Source: Nitrospirota bacterium (GTDB lineage Bacteria > Nitrospirota > Thermodesulfovibrionia > Thermodesulfovibrionales > Dissulfurispiraceae). From it: a stretch of 64,000 nt of DNA. Below, piece after piece: positions 49,963 to 60,042 of the stretch. The position numbers were made by a program, and so were the translations under genes. The first letter of the stretch is position 1. Every line of letters starts with the position of its first letter. The notes below the pieces were generated by a model. It had not been told where the DNA came from. It did no database searches and saw only the letters and a program-made list of their open reading frames with translations. The DNA lies in NCBI GenBank assembly GCA_963790025.1, contig CAWBMP010000004.1, positions 480,001 to 544,000 of the forward strand, given 5' to 3'.

Positions 49963-50163
49963 CTACTTCTTTGCGTATTTCTTCCTGAACTTTTCCACCC
50001 TTCCCTCGGCATCTATAAGCTTCTGCTTTCCGGTAAAGAACGGATGGCACTTTGAGCATATGTCAAGGCGGATATTGTCCAATGTCGATTTGGTAGTAAA
50101 TGTCTCACCGCACGCGCACACAACTTTGGATTCTTTATATTTTGGATGTATCCCTTCTTTCAT
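49963..50163 (-). CDS. rpmE: 50S ribosomal protein L31 (zinc-binding type)
   Basis: [23 protein letters not shown]. Confidence 0.97.
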   Translation of the reverse strand: MKEGIHPKYKESKVVCACGETFTTKSTLDNIRLDICSKCHPFFTGKQKLIDAEGRVEKFRKKYAKK

Positions 50164-50319
50164 TGAAGCACCCCCTCATCCTGAATTTGAACATTTAGTT
50201 TAATCCAAAAGCCAAAAGTTTATCAAGTCTATTTTGCTCTAATATCCACATGCCCATTGCTCGGGAACCGGTCACGAATGATGAAGGCCAGAGAGGCTTA
50301 GTGGTCGAACTGAAGGCTT

Positions 50320-51186
50320 TTACGGCGACTTCGTCCATTTTGCCGCTTCCCAGCCGAGCATCGCCTTTTTTCGGGCCTTGCCCCAGCCATAATCGCCGAT
50401 TAGCCCGATCTTCCTGATGACGCGGTGACACGGAATAATGTAACAAACAGGATTACGGCCCACGGCGCTGCCGACAGCGCGTAAGGCCTCCGGGTTGCCG
50501 ATTGATGAGGCAATATATTCATAGCTGACCATAAATCCCCTGGGAATTTTCAGCAATGCCTCCCATACCTTTATCTGAAAATTAGTGCCTTGGACCAACA
50601 GCTTAAGAGGAGAAACTTTCTGATCCTGAAAACCGGTGAATATCCTGCCGATAAAGGGGCCTGTGGACAGGTGATCTTCAAAGAATGCGGCATTCTTCCA
50701 TGTCTTCTTCAAGTCATTGACCGCTCCGCTCCGTCCGCCGGCCGTAATAAAGGACAATCCGCAGATACCCCGTTCCGTAATTGCCAGCATGCACTCGCCA
50801 AACGGCGTGGGATGAAATCCATATCGTATTACCAGACCCTCGCCTCTCTTTTTAAATTCTCCCGGTGTGATTGCCTCTATCGTTATGAACAGATCATGAA
50901 GTCGGCCGGGCGAAGATAAACCAGCATCGAGCGAAGCATCGAGCAGGCTGCGCGATTCATCCAGGACCTTCTTAGCGTATTCGATAGTCATGAACTCAAG
51001 GAATTTCTTGGGACTGATACCGGCCCAACGCCTGAAGAGTCTCTGGAAGTGGTACTCGCTCAAATTCACTACCCTGGCTATTTCCTTCAAATCAGGCTGA
51101 TCATGAAAGTTCTTCTCCAGAAAGAGAATTGCCTTCTCGACCCTCCGGTAATCTTCCGCTGGGGCTCGCAGGTTCATAAGGCTCAT
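50320..51186 (-). CDS. AraC-HTH / methylated-DNA--protein-cysteine methyltransferase (Ada/Ogt-like)
   Basis: HFQRLF..WAGISP HTH; GTNFQ..VW, RAVG, IPCHRV active site. Confidence 0.92.
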   Translation of the reverse strand: MSLMNLRAPAEDYRRVEKAILFLEKNFHDQPDLKEIARVVNLSEYHFQRLFRRWAGISPKKFLEFMTIEYAKKVLDESRSLLDASLDAGLSSPGRLHDLFITIEAITPGEFKKRGEGLVIRYGFHPTPFGECMLAITERGICGLSFITAGGRSGAVNDLKKTWKNAAFFEDHLSTGPFIGRIFTGFQDQKVSPLKLLVQGTNFQIKVWEALLKIPRGFMVSYEYIASSIGNPEALRAVGSAVGRNPVCYIIPCHRVIRKIGLIGDYGWGKARKKAMLGWEAAKWTKSP

Positions 51187-51277
51187 TATCTCCACATTTA
51201 TGATAACGCACCGGACAGGCAGGAACAACCCGATTCTTGCTATTTGAGGGAAGATCAGGAAGAAGTAAATTTTTTCT

Positions 51278-52042
51278 CTATGAGCGATTCAAAATTCTCG
51301 CAAGCCACAACTGCCAGCCTTCTGACGAATAATTTTTTGCAAGTGCAGAGATAGCCTCGTTAGCATGTTCGTTGAACATCTTCACAACACCTGTCATGGG
51401 AGACGTTATTTCGGAGATATTCCCGTCACTCGAGGTCAGTCGTGCAAAAGGCTCGCCCGCTGCAAGGGCCTTCATATTATGCATAAACTCGACGTACATG
51501 AGTTGGCCGCTCACCAGAAAATGCCTGACATCCATTCCTATTTCCCATACCTCTTCCTTTATAAGGGGCCTTGCCCATGTACCGTCCTTGTAATACACAG
51601 TAAAATCGTCCATCTCTTCAGTCGGAACGACATACTTTTTGAACTGACTTATATACTGCATCCTCAGTATCCACCCTTTTTTATCGAATGCCCTGTTCAC
51701 TGCGTTGAGCATGAAATCGGGTGTAAAGGGTTTTTCGATATACTCAAATGCCCCAAGGCGTGTTGCCTCGCGCGCATCTTCAATCGTGGGATACCCTGTT
51801 ATCACCATGACGTCCGCCGAGGGTTGAATGATCCTTGATTCCCTCAAAATGGTCAACCCGTTTATATCGGGGAGTCTCACATCGGTTATTACCAGATCGA
51901 ACGTCTCGTCACTGACCCTCTTGATGCCGCTTTCGCCGTCCTCCGCAGTGAATACGGCATGTCCCTCCATTCCCAGTATTCTCTTGCAGCTGAGAGTAAC
52001 TACCGGGTCGTCGTCAACGATCAATATTCTCTGTTTCTCCAT
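51278..52042 (-). CDS. Response regulator receiver fused to a GcvH-like (lipoyl-fold) domain
   Basis: IVDDD...DVRLP...KPF receiver; C-terminal YY..GTWA....IGMD...GEPFA.L......I.SPMTG.V...N pattern. Confidence 0.75.
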   Translation of the reverse strand: MEKQRILIVDDDPVVTLSCKRILGMEGHAVFTAEDGESGIKRVSDETFDLVITDVRLPDINGLTILRESRIIQPSADVMVITGYPTIEDAREATRLGAFEYIEKPFTPDFMLNAVNRAFDKKGWILRMQYISQFKKYVVPTEEMDDFTVYYKDGTWARPLIKEEVWEIGMDVRHFLVSGQLMYVEFMHNMKALAAGEPFARLTSSDGNISEITSPMTGVVKMFNEHANEAISALAKNYSSEGWQLWLARILNRS

Positions 52043-52096
52043 GTTATCCCCTTAGCGGCGAGTCTGATCGGGTTTTATACAAAATCGTCCCTGCAC

Positions 52097-54683
52097 TCAT
52101 TTCTCAATCACTACCCTGGTCCCATCCAATGCAGGGGCCCTTGTTGCCGGGTTTACCTTCCATTTTGCGATCTCAAAAATCCCTCCCTTTTCAAAGGGCG
52201 AAATAAAGATAACATTCTCCGGCAGGCATGGGTCCAGACGCGCAGACAGGGTCACGCTCCCCGCTTCCGTCACAACCTTCACGCGTTCACCGCTTCTTAC
52301 GGATAATCTGCCTGCCAGCATTTCACTCATATTAACATAGGGTTCTGGAGAAATGCTCTTCAAGGCGGCGGAATACCTGCTTACGTTTACTGAATGAAAA
52401 AGATGCGCTTCTCTGCGGGCAAATACGATGCCCGGATCGGATTTCTTTATTAAAGGGACAAGGTCAGGCAGCTCAAGCCCTTCTATATGCACATCGTGGC
52501 GCAGCGGTTCCCCTTTATAGGGCCACACACATTTGCCGTCTGCCGTGTCATTATAAGTGATATCTCTGTAGATATGTGAAATCCCGGCGATCTCGGCAAA
52601 TACATCGGTCACGCTCCGATAGCCCATGTCAAGACCGCATATCCTGCTCACCTCGGAAATTATCTTCCAATCCTCAATGCCATCTCCGTCAACAGCCTTT
52701 CTGACGAGTTGGATCCGCCGTTCAAGATTAGTGTACGAACCCTCTTTTTCCACCCATGACAGGGCAGGCAGCACCACCTCTGCATACTGGGCAGTTTCGG
52801 AAAGAAACCTGTCCTGAACGACAAGAAATTCAAGATTCCTGAGAGCATTTCTCACATAGTTTGCATCAGGGAGACTCAGCGCTATATCTTCGCCCATCAC
52901 ATAGAGTGCCTTTATCCCGCCGTCGTGTGCGGATTCTATCATCTCGGTGTAACTGAGCCCCGGAGTCGAAGGGAGAGAAATGCCCATAGATTCTTCGCAT
53001 CTCTTCCTGAAGGTCTCAATGATCAAGGGCCTGCCGCTTGGAAGCATATCAGGCTGGCATCCCACATCCAGAAGACCCTGTTCGTTGGGAAGTTCTGAAA
53101 GGAGATATATCCTGCCGTTCAGGAGATAGGCGAGGGCGGCAAGGAACAGGAGATTCGCATGTCCGGTGCTTGTCTGAACAATGTCTCTCCCTATTATGAT
53201 CGAAGGGTTGCTCATATTTGACAGGGTATCCGCCATATCGACAAGCTCATTCAGCCCGAATCCGCCCATTTCAGCAGCGTCTTGAAGAGGCACAGCCTGG
53301 AGCCCTCTGATTATGTCCTCAAAAGCAGGCCTTTCACCCAAAAGAGATTTCTTCTTTTTCAACTCAGACACCAACGAAGCCAGCACAACCGTTTCAGTTG
53401 TCGCATTCGTGATCAAGGCATGTTTTGAAAATCGTTTCAATCCCTCCGCATATCCTATCACGACAACCGGTGCTCCTTTCCTGGAGGCAGATACTGATTT
53501 GCAAACCCAGGACGGGATTTATTGCAGTAGGGTCGCCGCCGATAACGAAAACGCCGTCGGAATTGGATATGCCCTGTATATGGTTAGCAGTAATGCCTTG
53601 CCCGAATATCTTTTCGAAGAACCTCTGGGCAGGTCCATATGCCAGGCTTGCTACTGAATCTATGTTGTTCGTGCCGATGGCCCCCCTTAAAAACTTCTGG
53701 AACACATAGGCGTCTTCATTAGTGCACCTTCCGGACACAATGCCGGCTATGCCGTCGCTCCCATGGTCTTTCTTGATCTCCCCTAACCTGTGAGCTATAT
53801 GGGTAATCGCCTCCGTCCATGTGACCGGAGTTAACTCTCCATTTCTACGCATGAGAGGCGTATCCAATTTGTGTGCCTTGTTCATCGCGTAATAACCGAA
53901 CCTGCCCCTGTTACAGAGGATCCCCTTGTTTAATCCCAGCCCCATCCTTGGCACGCTTCTAACAACAAAATTGCAGGTCTGTATCATCATGGAACACCCG
54001 ACGCCGCAATATGCACATGTCGTCTCGACCTCTTTTTCCAACTGCCACGGTCTGGCGCCATGTCTTTGCACGCGGGATGTAAGTGCCCCCGTAGGGCAAA
54101 CGTTCAAACAGTTTCCGCAATACTCACAGTTGAATTTACCCCCGGAAAACGGCTCAAGATAGGATTTGCTGCCACGGTAAGTAATGGCCAGGGCTGACGC
54201 ACCCTGAACGGTGTCACACATCCTCACACATTTTGAGCACAGAATGCAACGCTCCGGATTCCTCACTATAAGCGGATCATCATAGCTTTCGGGATGCTTT
54301 CTCTTGCCTTCAGCAAACCTGCCCTCAGAAGGACCGTATTTCATGACGAGGTCCTGCAATAAGCACTGACCCGCTTTGTCGCAGTAAGGACAATCAAGAG
54401 GATGGTTGATCAGTAAAAATTCGAGGATAGATCTTCTTGCCTTGATAATCTCATCCGTCTCGGTCCGGACCACCATGCCGTCGGCCACATATTGGGTACA
54501 CGCGGTCTGAAGTCTCGGTACTTTCTCCACTTCAACGAGACACAGCCTGCACCCGCCATAAGGCTCAAGGATATCATCATGACAAAGTGTCGGGATATGT
54601 ATCCCCGCAGACCTCGCCGCTTCAAGTATAGTGACCGGCTTCTGCAGCGTTATTTTTTTCTCATTTATGGTTACCGTTATCAT
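52097..54683 (-). pseudogene. NuoG/FdhF-like Fe-S and molybdopterin-fold subunit, split by a one-base frameshift near 53493
   Basis: 2Fe-2S (IPTLC, CRLCLVE), HPLDCPYCDKAG.C, two 4Fe-4S motifs, CAYCGVGC in ORF 53394-54683; C-half (EKEGSYTNLERR) in ORF 52097-53461. Confidence 0.85.
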
Positions 54684-55927
54684 CGGTTTCTTATCTTTTC
54701 CTCAAAATCACTTCTGAACTTTTCGATAAAATTCTGCACCACGACTGCCGCGCCATCTCCCAGCGCGCAGAGGGTCTTACCCATAATACTCTTTGATACC
54801 TCCGTCAACAGGTCCAGGTCGTCCTCACGTCCTGCACTATTCGATATCCTTTCGAGGATCGCCTTCATCCAGCCAACCCCCTCCCTGCACGGAGTACATT
54901 TGCCACATGATTCATGTTCGAAAAACCTGGTTATCCTCAGGCAAACTTTTATCATGTCAACCGACTCGTCAAAGACCATGACAGCCCCTGAACCAAGCAT
55001 GCTGCCGACGAGTTTGGATAAACTGACAAAGTCCATGGGGCAATCTATTTTATCCGGCAGAAGCACGGGCGTCGATATCCCACCTGGGATTACAGCCTTT
55101 AGCTTTCTGTCACCCGGAATACCTCCGCAATGCGTATAAATAATCTCTCTCAAGGGAACACCCATGGGAAGCTCATATACGCCCGGTCTCCTCACATGCC
55201 CGCTCACAGAGAAAAGCTTCAGGCCGGGGCATGCCGAACTCCCTATTTTTGCATATTCATTCCCTCCGATTTCCATAATGTATGGAATATTGGCAAGGGT
55301 CTCCACATTGTTTATGACGGTAGGCTTCGCAAGGAAGCCCTGATTGACAGGGAATGGCGGTTTAAACCTCGGCTGCCCTCTCTTCCCTTCGAGGGACTCT
55401 ACAAGGGCTGTCTCTTCGCCGCAGATATAGGCGCCTGCACCGGAGTGAACAGAAAGGCGGAACTTCACGCCCTTTCCGGCGATATTATCACCGAGATAAT
55501 TCCTTTCGTATGCCTGTTCAATCGCCTTCGACAGGACCTCTTTTGCTTCCGGATATTCTCCCCTGAGATAAATATAGCCGCTTTCCGCTCCGAGGGCATA
55601 TGCCGAGATCACCATTCCTTCCAGCAATAGATGCGGGTTCTTTTCCAGTATGATCCTGTCCTTGAAAGTGCCTGGTTCGCCTTCATCTGCGTTACAAAGC
55701 AGGTATTTCGGTTTTTCGGAGTCGGCTACCGCGAATGACCATTTCATTCCGGTGGGAAACCCTGCCCCTCCCCTGCCGCGTAACCCGGACCTCTTTACCT
55801 CATCAACTACGTTAGCAGGATTCATCTCGAATGCCTTATGGAGCGAACTATATCCCCCAATCTTTATATACTCGTCTATTTGAAAAGAATTCGGATTGTC
55901 TGTATTTTTCAGCAATACTTTTTCCAT
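54680..55927 (-). CDS. nuoF: NADH dehydrogenase flavoprotein subunit (NuoF/HoxF-like)
   Basis: GLRGRGGAGFPTG.KW, NADEGEPG, GAGAYICGEETAL, ESCGKCTPCREG, CALGD. Confidence 0.93.
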   Translation of the reverse strand: MEKVLLKNTDNPNSFQIDEYIKIGGYSSLHKAFEMNPANVVDEVKRSGLRGRGGAGFPTGMKWSFAVADSEKPKYLLCNADEGEPGTFKDRIILEKNPHLLLEGMVISAYALGAESGYIYLRGEYPEAKEVLSKAIEQAYERNYLGDNIAGKGVKFRLSVHSGAGAYICGEETALVESLEGKRGQPRFKPPFPVNQGFLAKPTVINNVETLANIPYIMEIGGNEYAKIGSSACPGLKLFSVSGHVRRPGVYELPMGVPLREIIYTHCGGIPGDRKLKAVIPGGISTPVLLPDKIDCPMDFVSLSKLVGSMLGSGAVMVFDESVDMIKVCLRITRFFEHESCGKCTPCREGVGWMKAILERISNSAGREDDLDLLTEVSKSIMGKTLCALGDGAAVVVQNFIEKFRSDFEEKIRNR

Positions 55928-55928
55928 A

Positions 55929-56405
55929 TCAATTATACTTCTCCAGAATTTCTATGATACTTTCCTCTGTGAGGTTGCCGTAAAAGCTTGTATCGACAAG
56001 CATTGCAGGGGCCCTGTCACAGGCGCCTATACATTCCATTATGACAAGAGAAAACCTATTATCAGGACTGGTGAGGTTCGGTTCAAGTCCGTATTTTCCC
56101 TTTAAGACATCCACGAGTCTTTCTCCGCCCATGATCATGCAGGCAACATTAGTACATAACTGGATGAGATGCCTGCCCATTGGCTTATGGGCGAACATCG
56201 AATAAAAGGTGGAAATGCCTTTGACTGTTGCCGCCGGGATATTCAGTGTTTCTGACGCTGTCTCCAAAGCCTCGGGACTCAACCACCCATATTCTCTTTG
56301 AAGAATGTAAAGTACAGGTAAAAGGCAGGAGTTGACATCGTCATACTTACTCTTCAGTTCGTTGATTTCATCAAGAATCCTGTTGTCCAGTAACATTTTT
56401 TTCAA
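55929..56405 (-). CDS. nuoE: NADH dehydrogenase 2Fe-2S subunit (NuoE-like)
   Basis: STFYSMF, CTNVAC, ECIGAC..AP. Confidence 0.92.
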   Translation of the reverse strand: MKKMLLDNRILDEINELKSKYDDVNSCLLPVLYILQREYGWLSPEALETASETLNIPAATVKGISTFYSMFAHKPMGRHLIQLCTNVACMIMGGERLVDVLKGKYGLEPNLTSPDNRFSLVIMECIGACDRAPAMLVDTSFYGNLTEESIIEILEKYN

Positions 56406-56564
56406 CCCTCCGGGACACAGATCAAACGAATAATTTAAAAAATTTTCCTGAACAACGTTTTTTTACAATTTGATCATTAATCATAATAAAATAACATTTT
56501 GTTTGTCAATCGATAAATATAGTTTATAATGCAAGTCAGGTTTTCGCCATAAAAAAGGCCGGCA

Positions 56565-56608
56565 GCCGAGCACTCAACTCGCCTCTGCGGGCGAGTTGAG
56601 TGCTCGGC
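56565..56608 (-). terminator. 19-bp perfect hairpin downstream of hppA, probable intrinsic terminator
   Basis: GCCGAGCACTCAACTCGCC-N6-GGCGAGTTGAGTGCTCGGC; an extended outer stem is followed by a T-run on the minus strand. Confidence 0.7.
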
Positions 56609-56635
56609 GCCAGCCTCCAAATCAGAGATAATCGG

Positions 56636-58711
56636 CTACTTCATAAGTGGAACTATAAGCAGCGCCACTATGTTGATGACTTTGATCATCGGGTTGATGG
56701 CCGGTCCTGCGGTGTCCTTGTAAGGATCGCCGACCGTGTCGCCCGTCACAGAAGCTTTGTGTCCATCACTGCCCTTTTTATGCACTACACCTTTATCATC
56801 AGTAACGCCGTCTTCAAAGGACTTCTTGGCGTTGTCCCACGCGCCGCCACCGCTTGTCATAGCAATGGCCTGGAATAATCCGGTCAGGATGGCTCCGATA
56901 AGGACGCCTCCAAGGGCCTCTCTTCCCAGCAGCATTCCGACAACAATAGGGACCACCACTGGTATAAGGGCCGGGACCATCATCTGCCTGATAGCGCCTT
57001 TTGTGACAATGTCAACGCACTTTCCGTATTCCGGCTTTGCCTTATACTCCATAATGCCGGGTATCTCCCTGAACTGTCTTCTGACTTCTTCAACAATACT
57101 GCCCGCCGCCTTTCCAACAGCCTCCATAAGGAGTGAGCCGAAATAATAAGGAAGCAGACCCCCGATGAAAAGACCGGCAAGGACCATCGGGTTGGAGAGA
57201 TCAAACAGTATAGTAGCCCCGAACGACCTTGAATACTCCGCAAAAAGGACCAGGGCCGCAAGACCTGCAGAGCCTATGGCATAACCCTTTGTAACAGCCT
57301 TTGTCGTGTTGCCGACTGCATCCAGCGGGTCTGTGATAGCACGAATCTCTTCAGGCAATCCCGACATCTCTGCGATACCGCCTGCATTGTCTGTTATAGG
57401 TCCATAGGAGTCAATCGCAACAACAATTCCTGTCATTGAAAGCATCGAAACCGCTGACAAGGCGATAGCGAAAAGACCACCAGCCGCATCACCATTAAAT
57501 CCGCCGCCCAATGAATAAGCGCCCAGGATTGAGGCGACTATAACTATAACAGGAGCGCCGGTTGCCTTCATACTGACCGCGAGGCCGGCAATCACGTTTG
57601 TGCCGTGACCGGTCAGACTGGCCTTCGCAATATGTTGCACAGGACTATACTCTTTTGCGGTAAAGTACTCGGTTATGACCACGATCAGGCCTGTCAAAGC
57701 GAGACCGATAAGCGCCATAAGAAAAACATGCATCTGTGTAAACGCCGGATGCGCAACCAACGAGGCTGAAGCAGGGCCTCCAAGAAACCTCCCTGTTACT
57801 ATATAGAATACAATTGCAGCGAGAATTCCCGAAACCGCGAGTCCCTTATAAAGGGCGCCCATGATATACTGGTTTTTGCCGAGCTTAACTGCAAATGTAC
57901 CGATAATAGAAGCGATGATAGATATACCGCCAAGAAGCATCGGGAATTCAACCCACGGGCTGTCAGCTCCAAAAACCGTCTTTGCAAGGAGCATTGCTGC
58001 AACAAGAGTGACCGTGTATGTCTCATAAAGGTCGGCTGCCATACCTGCGCAGTCGCCGACGTTGTCACCGACGTTGTCCGCTATAACAGCAGGGTTTCTC
58101 GGATCATCCTCAGGGATCCCGGCCTCAACCTTGCCGACAAGGTCTGCCCCAACATCAGCAGCCTTTGTGTAAATACCGCCCGCGATACGGGCAAATACGC
58201 TCATGAGTGAGCACCCGAAGCCGAGCCCTACCAGCGCATGGAAGGCCATCTCAGGAGCCGCCTGCTTTGCTATCGTATAGAATCCTGCAAGACCGATGAT
58301 TCCGAGGCCGACAACCATAACCCCTGTAACAGAACCGCCCTTGAAAGCGAGGCTGAGTGCAGCCTGGAGTCCCTTGTGAGCGGCCTGCGTGGTGCGCACA
58401 TTGGCGCGAACTGTCACCCACATACCGACAAAGCCGGCAAGTGCTGAACCGACAGTACCGATAATAAAACCAATACTGGTCCAAATTCCAAGTCCAATTG
58501 CAGCAATTAAAATAACAAGGATAACAGCCACAACTGCAACAGTTTTATACTCGCGGGCTAGAAAAGCATATGCTCCCTCTTTAACTGCATTGGATATCTC
58601 CTGCATCTTAGCACTACCTGCGTCCTGCTTCGATACCCACATTGCAGTAATTACAGCGTATACCACGCCCAAAACGCCGCAAGCTAAAGCAAAAAGTATT
58701 GTATGACTCAT
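56636..58711 (-). CDS. hppA: Membrane-bound proton-translocating pyrophosphatase, K+-independent type
   Basis: [26 protein letters not shown] (Lys at the K+-dependence position), [11 protein letters not shown]. Confidence 0.96.
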   Translation of the reverse strand: MSHTILFALACGVLGVVYAVITAMWVSKQDAGSAKMQEISNAVKEGAYAFLAREYKTVAVVAVILVILIAAIGLGIWTSIGFIIGTVGSALAGFVGMWVTVRANVRTTQAAHKGLQAALSLAFKGGSVTGVMVVGLGIIGLAGFYTIAKQAAPEMAFHALVGLGFGCSLMSVFARIAGGIYTKAADVGADLVGKVEAGIPEDDPRNPAVIADNVGDNVGDCAGMAADLYETYTVTLVAAMLLAKTVFGADSPWVEFPMLLGGISIIASIIGTFAVKLGKNQYIMGALYKGLAVSGILAAIVFYIVTGRFLGGPASASLVAHPAFTQMHVFLMALIGLALTGLIVVITEYFTAKEYSPVQHIAKASLTGHGTNVIAGLAVSMKATGAPVIVIVASILGAYSLGGGFNGDAAGGLFAIALSAVSMLSMTGIVVAIDSYGPITDNAGGIAEMSGLPEEIRAITDPLDAVGNTTKAVTKGYAIGSAGLAALVLFAEYSRSFGATILFDLSNPMVLAGLFIGGLLPYYFGSLLMEAVGKAAGSIVEEVRRQFREIPGIMEYKAKPEYGKCVDIVTKGAIRQMMVPALIPVVVPIVVGMLLGREALGGVLIGAILTGLFQAIAMTSGGGAWDNAKKSFEDGVTDDKGVVHKKGSDGHKASVTGDTVGDPYKDTAGPAINPMIKVINIVALLIVPLMK

Positions 58712-58867
58712 CTACTATCTCCTCCTTACGAATGAATTTTTTAAAACGCGCATAACTTTAACACAAAAGGGCCGTCGCCGTATACCGATCAACCGGGTGC
58801 CGGTCAACCATATATAGACGGCTCCATAGTGCATCCCTTCAATCACCCCCTTTGTGATTAGTCTTGA

Positions 58868-60031
58868 TTACTGTTCCCTTTGTGCATGCCGCGCAAAAAC
58901 CATAGCCGTTGTCCTGTACACCATATGTGCCATTTTTGAAAAAGGTGCGTAAGCGAAAAGAAAAAAGATAAAAACCAGATGTATGAAGTAGACAGGATAA
59001 GCAACAGGGGCCACATCGGCAAGCCGCAGCACCTCGGACAAAATTCCTGTAACGACTATGGTAAATATAACCACAATAAAGAGCCAGTCAAAATAGCTTC
59101 CGCCTCCCGCCTTTTCGGCATTCTTCAGGCGGTTCGCAGTGACAAACAGCATACCCAGCAGCAGTGCAAACGCGCTGGCGTTGCCGACAATCTTCATCGG
59201 GTCATAGAGGGGATAAGGTGTTTCGCCAAAGTGAAAAATGGACGTCGCCTGAATGCCAAAAATTTCATGCCCGTAAAGGTAGAGAACTCCCCACCCGGTC
59301 GTGACGGCAAGGCCTATAAAAGCATAAAAAACCAGCATGTGCGCCGTAGAACGGTCTTTTGTGACATTGCACTTCTTGAACCTGTCATGCGACAGGATAT
59401 CGCAGATCGTCGCCTTTAAGCTGTCCATCACATTGCCCTTTAATTGCATGCCTGCACTCATATCCGCCCAGTACTTTTTAATACCTATAAAGAAGGATAT
59501 TACGGCAAATGCGGATGCCAGTATGAACACCGTATCTATATAAGGTACAGGTATAAAATTTGAATATACTATCCCTCCATTCGCGCCCCTCGGAATGTCC
59601 GAAAGGTGGCCCAACGAAGTGATAATGCCCAGAAAAATGAGGACCGGCAATGCGAACAGCAGGAGAATGAATTTCGGATCAGCCGTCATGTTGGCCAACG
59701 CACCGGGCACCGCATAATTCTTGATCGTCATTTTCCTTATCGCGCCGAGCACCTCGCCCGGCTTTGCTCCCCTCGGGCAGTAGGCGGTGCAGTCGCTGCA
59801 CTGGTGGCAAAGCCAGACATCCGGATTGCTTATCAGCTTGTCTTTCATCCCCCACTGCGCATACATCATCTCTTTTCTGGGGAAAGGCTTTTCATCGGGG
59901 GTAACATTGCAGACCACTGTGCAGGTGGAGCACTGGTAGCATTTCTTCAGCGACTCGCCACCCGAGGCAATAATATCATTGACAAAATTCAAGTCCGGCT
60001 TTATTATTTGTTCCATTGTCTGTTCCGGCAT
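58868..60031 (-). CDS. qmoC: Quinone-interacting membrane-bound oxidoreductase subunit C
   Basis: HdrC-like CYQCSTC..C and CHQCSDC..CP, then an HdrE-like membrane domain with heme His residues. Confidence 0.93.
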   Translation of the reverse strand: MPEQTMEQIIKPDLNFVNDIIASGGESLKKCYQCSTCTVVCNVTPDEKPFPRKEMMYAQWGMKDKLISNPDVWLCHQCSDCTAYCPRGAKPGEVLGAIRKMTIKNYAVPGALANMTADPKFILLLFALPVLIFLGIITSLGHLSDIPRGANGGIVYSNFIPVPYIDTVFILASAFAVISFFIGIKKYWADMSAGMQLKGNVMDSLKATICDILSHDRFKKCNVTKDRSTAHMLVFYAFIGLAVTTGWGVLYLYGHEIFGIQATSIFHFGETPYPLYDPMKIVGNASAFALLLGMLFVTANRLKNAEKAGGGSYFDWLFIVVIFTIVVTGILSEVLRLADVAPVAYPVYFIHLVFIFFLFAYAPFSKMAHMVYRTTAMVFARHAQREQ

Positions 60032-60042
60032 ATCGCTTCCTC

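Noticed and set aside
52097..54683. Selenocysteine formate dehydrogenase or programmed frameshift
   Set aside because: No in-frame TGA or Cys at the metal-ligand position and no slippery sequence at the break.
56460..56490. FNR- or Rex-like palindrome upstream of nuoE (TTTGATCATTAATCATAA)
   Set aside because: Spacing and half-sites deviate from both consensus motifs in an AT-rich background.
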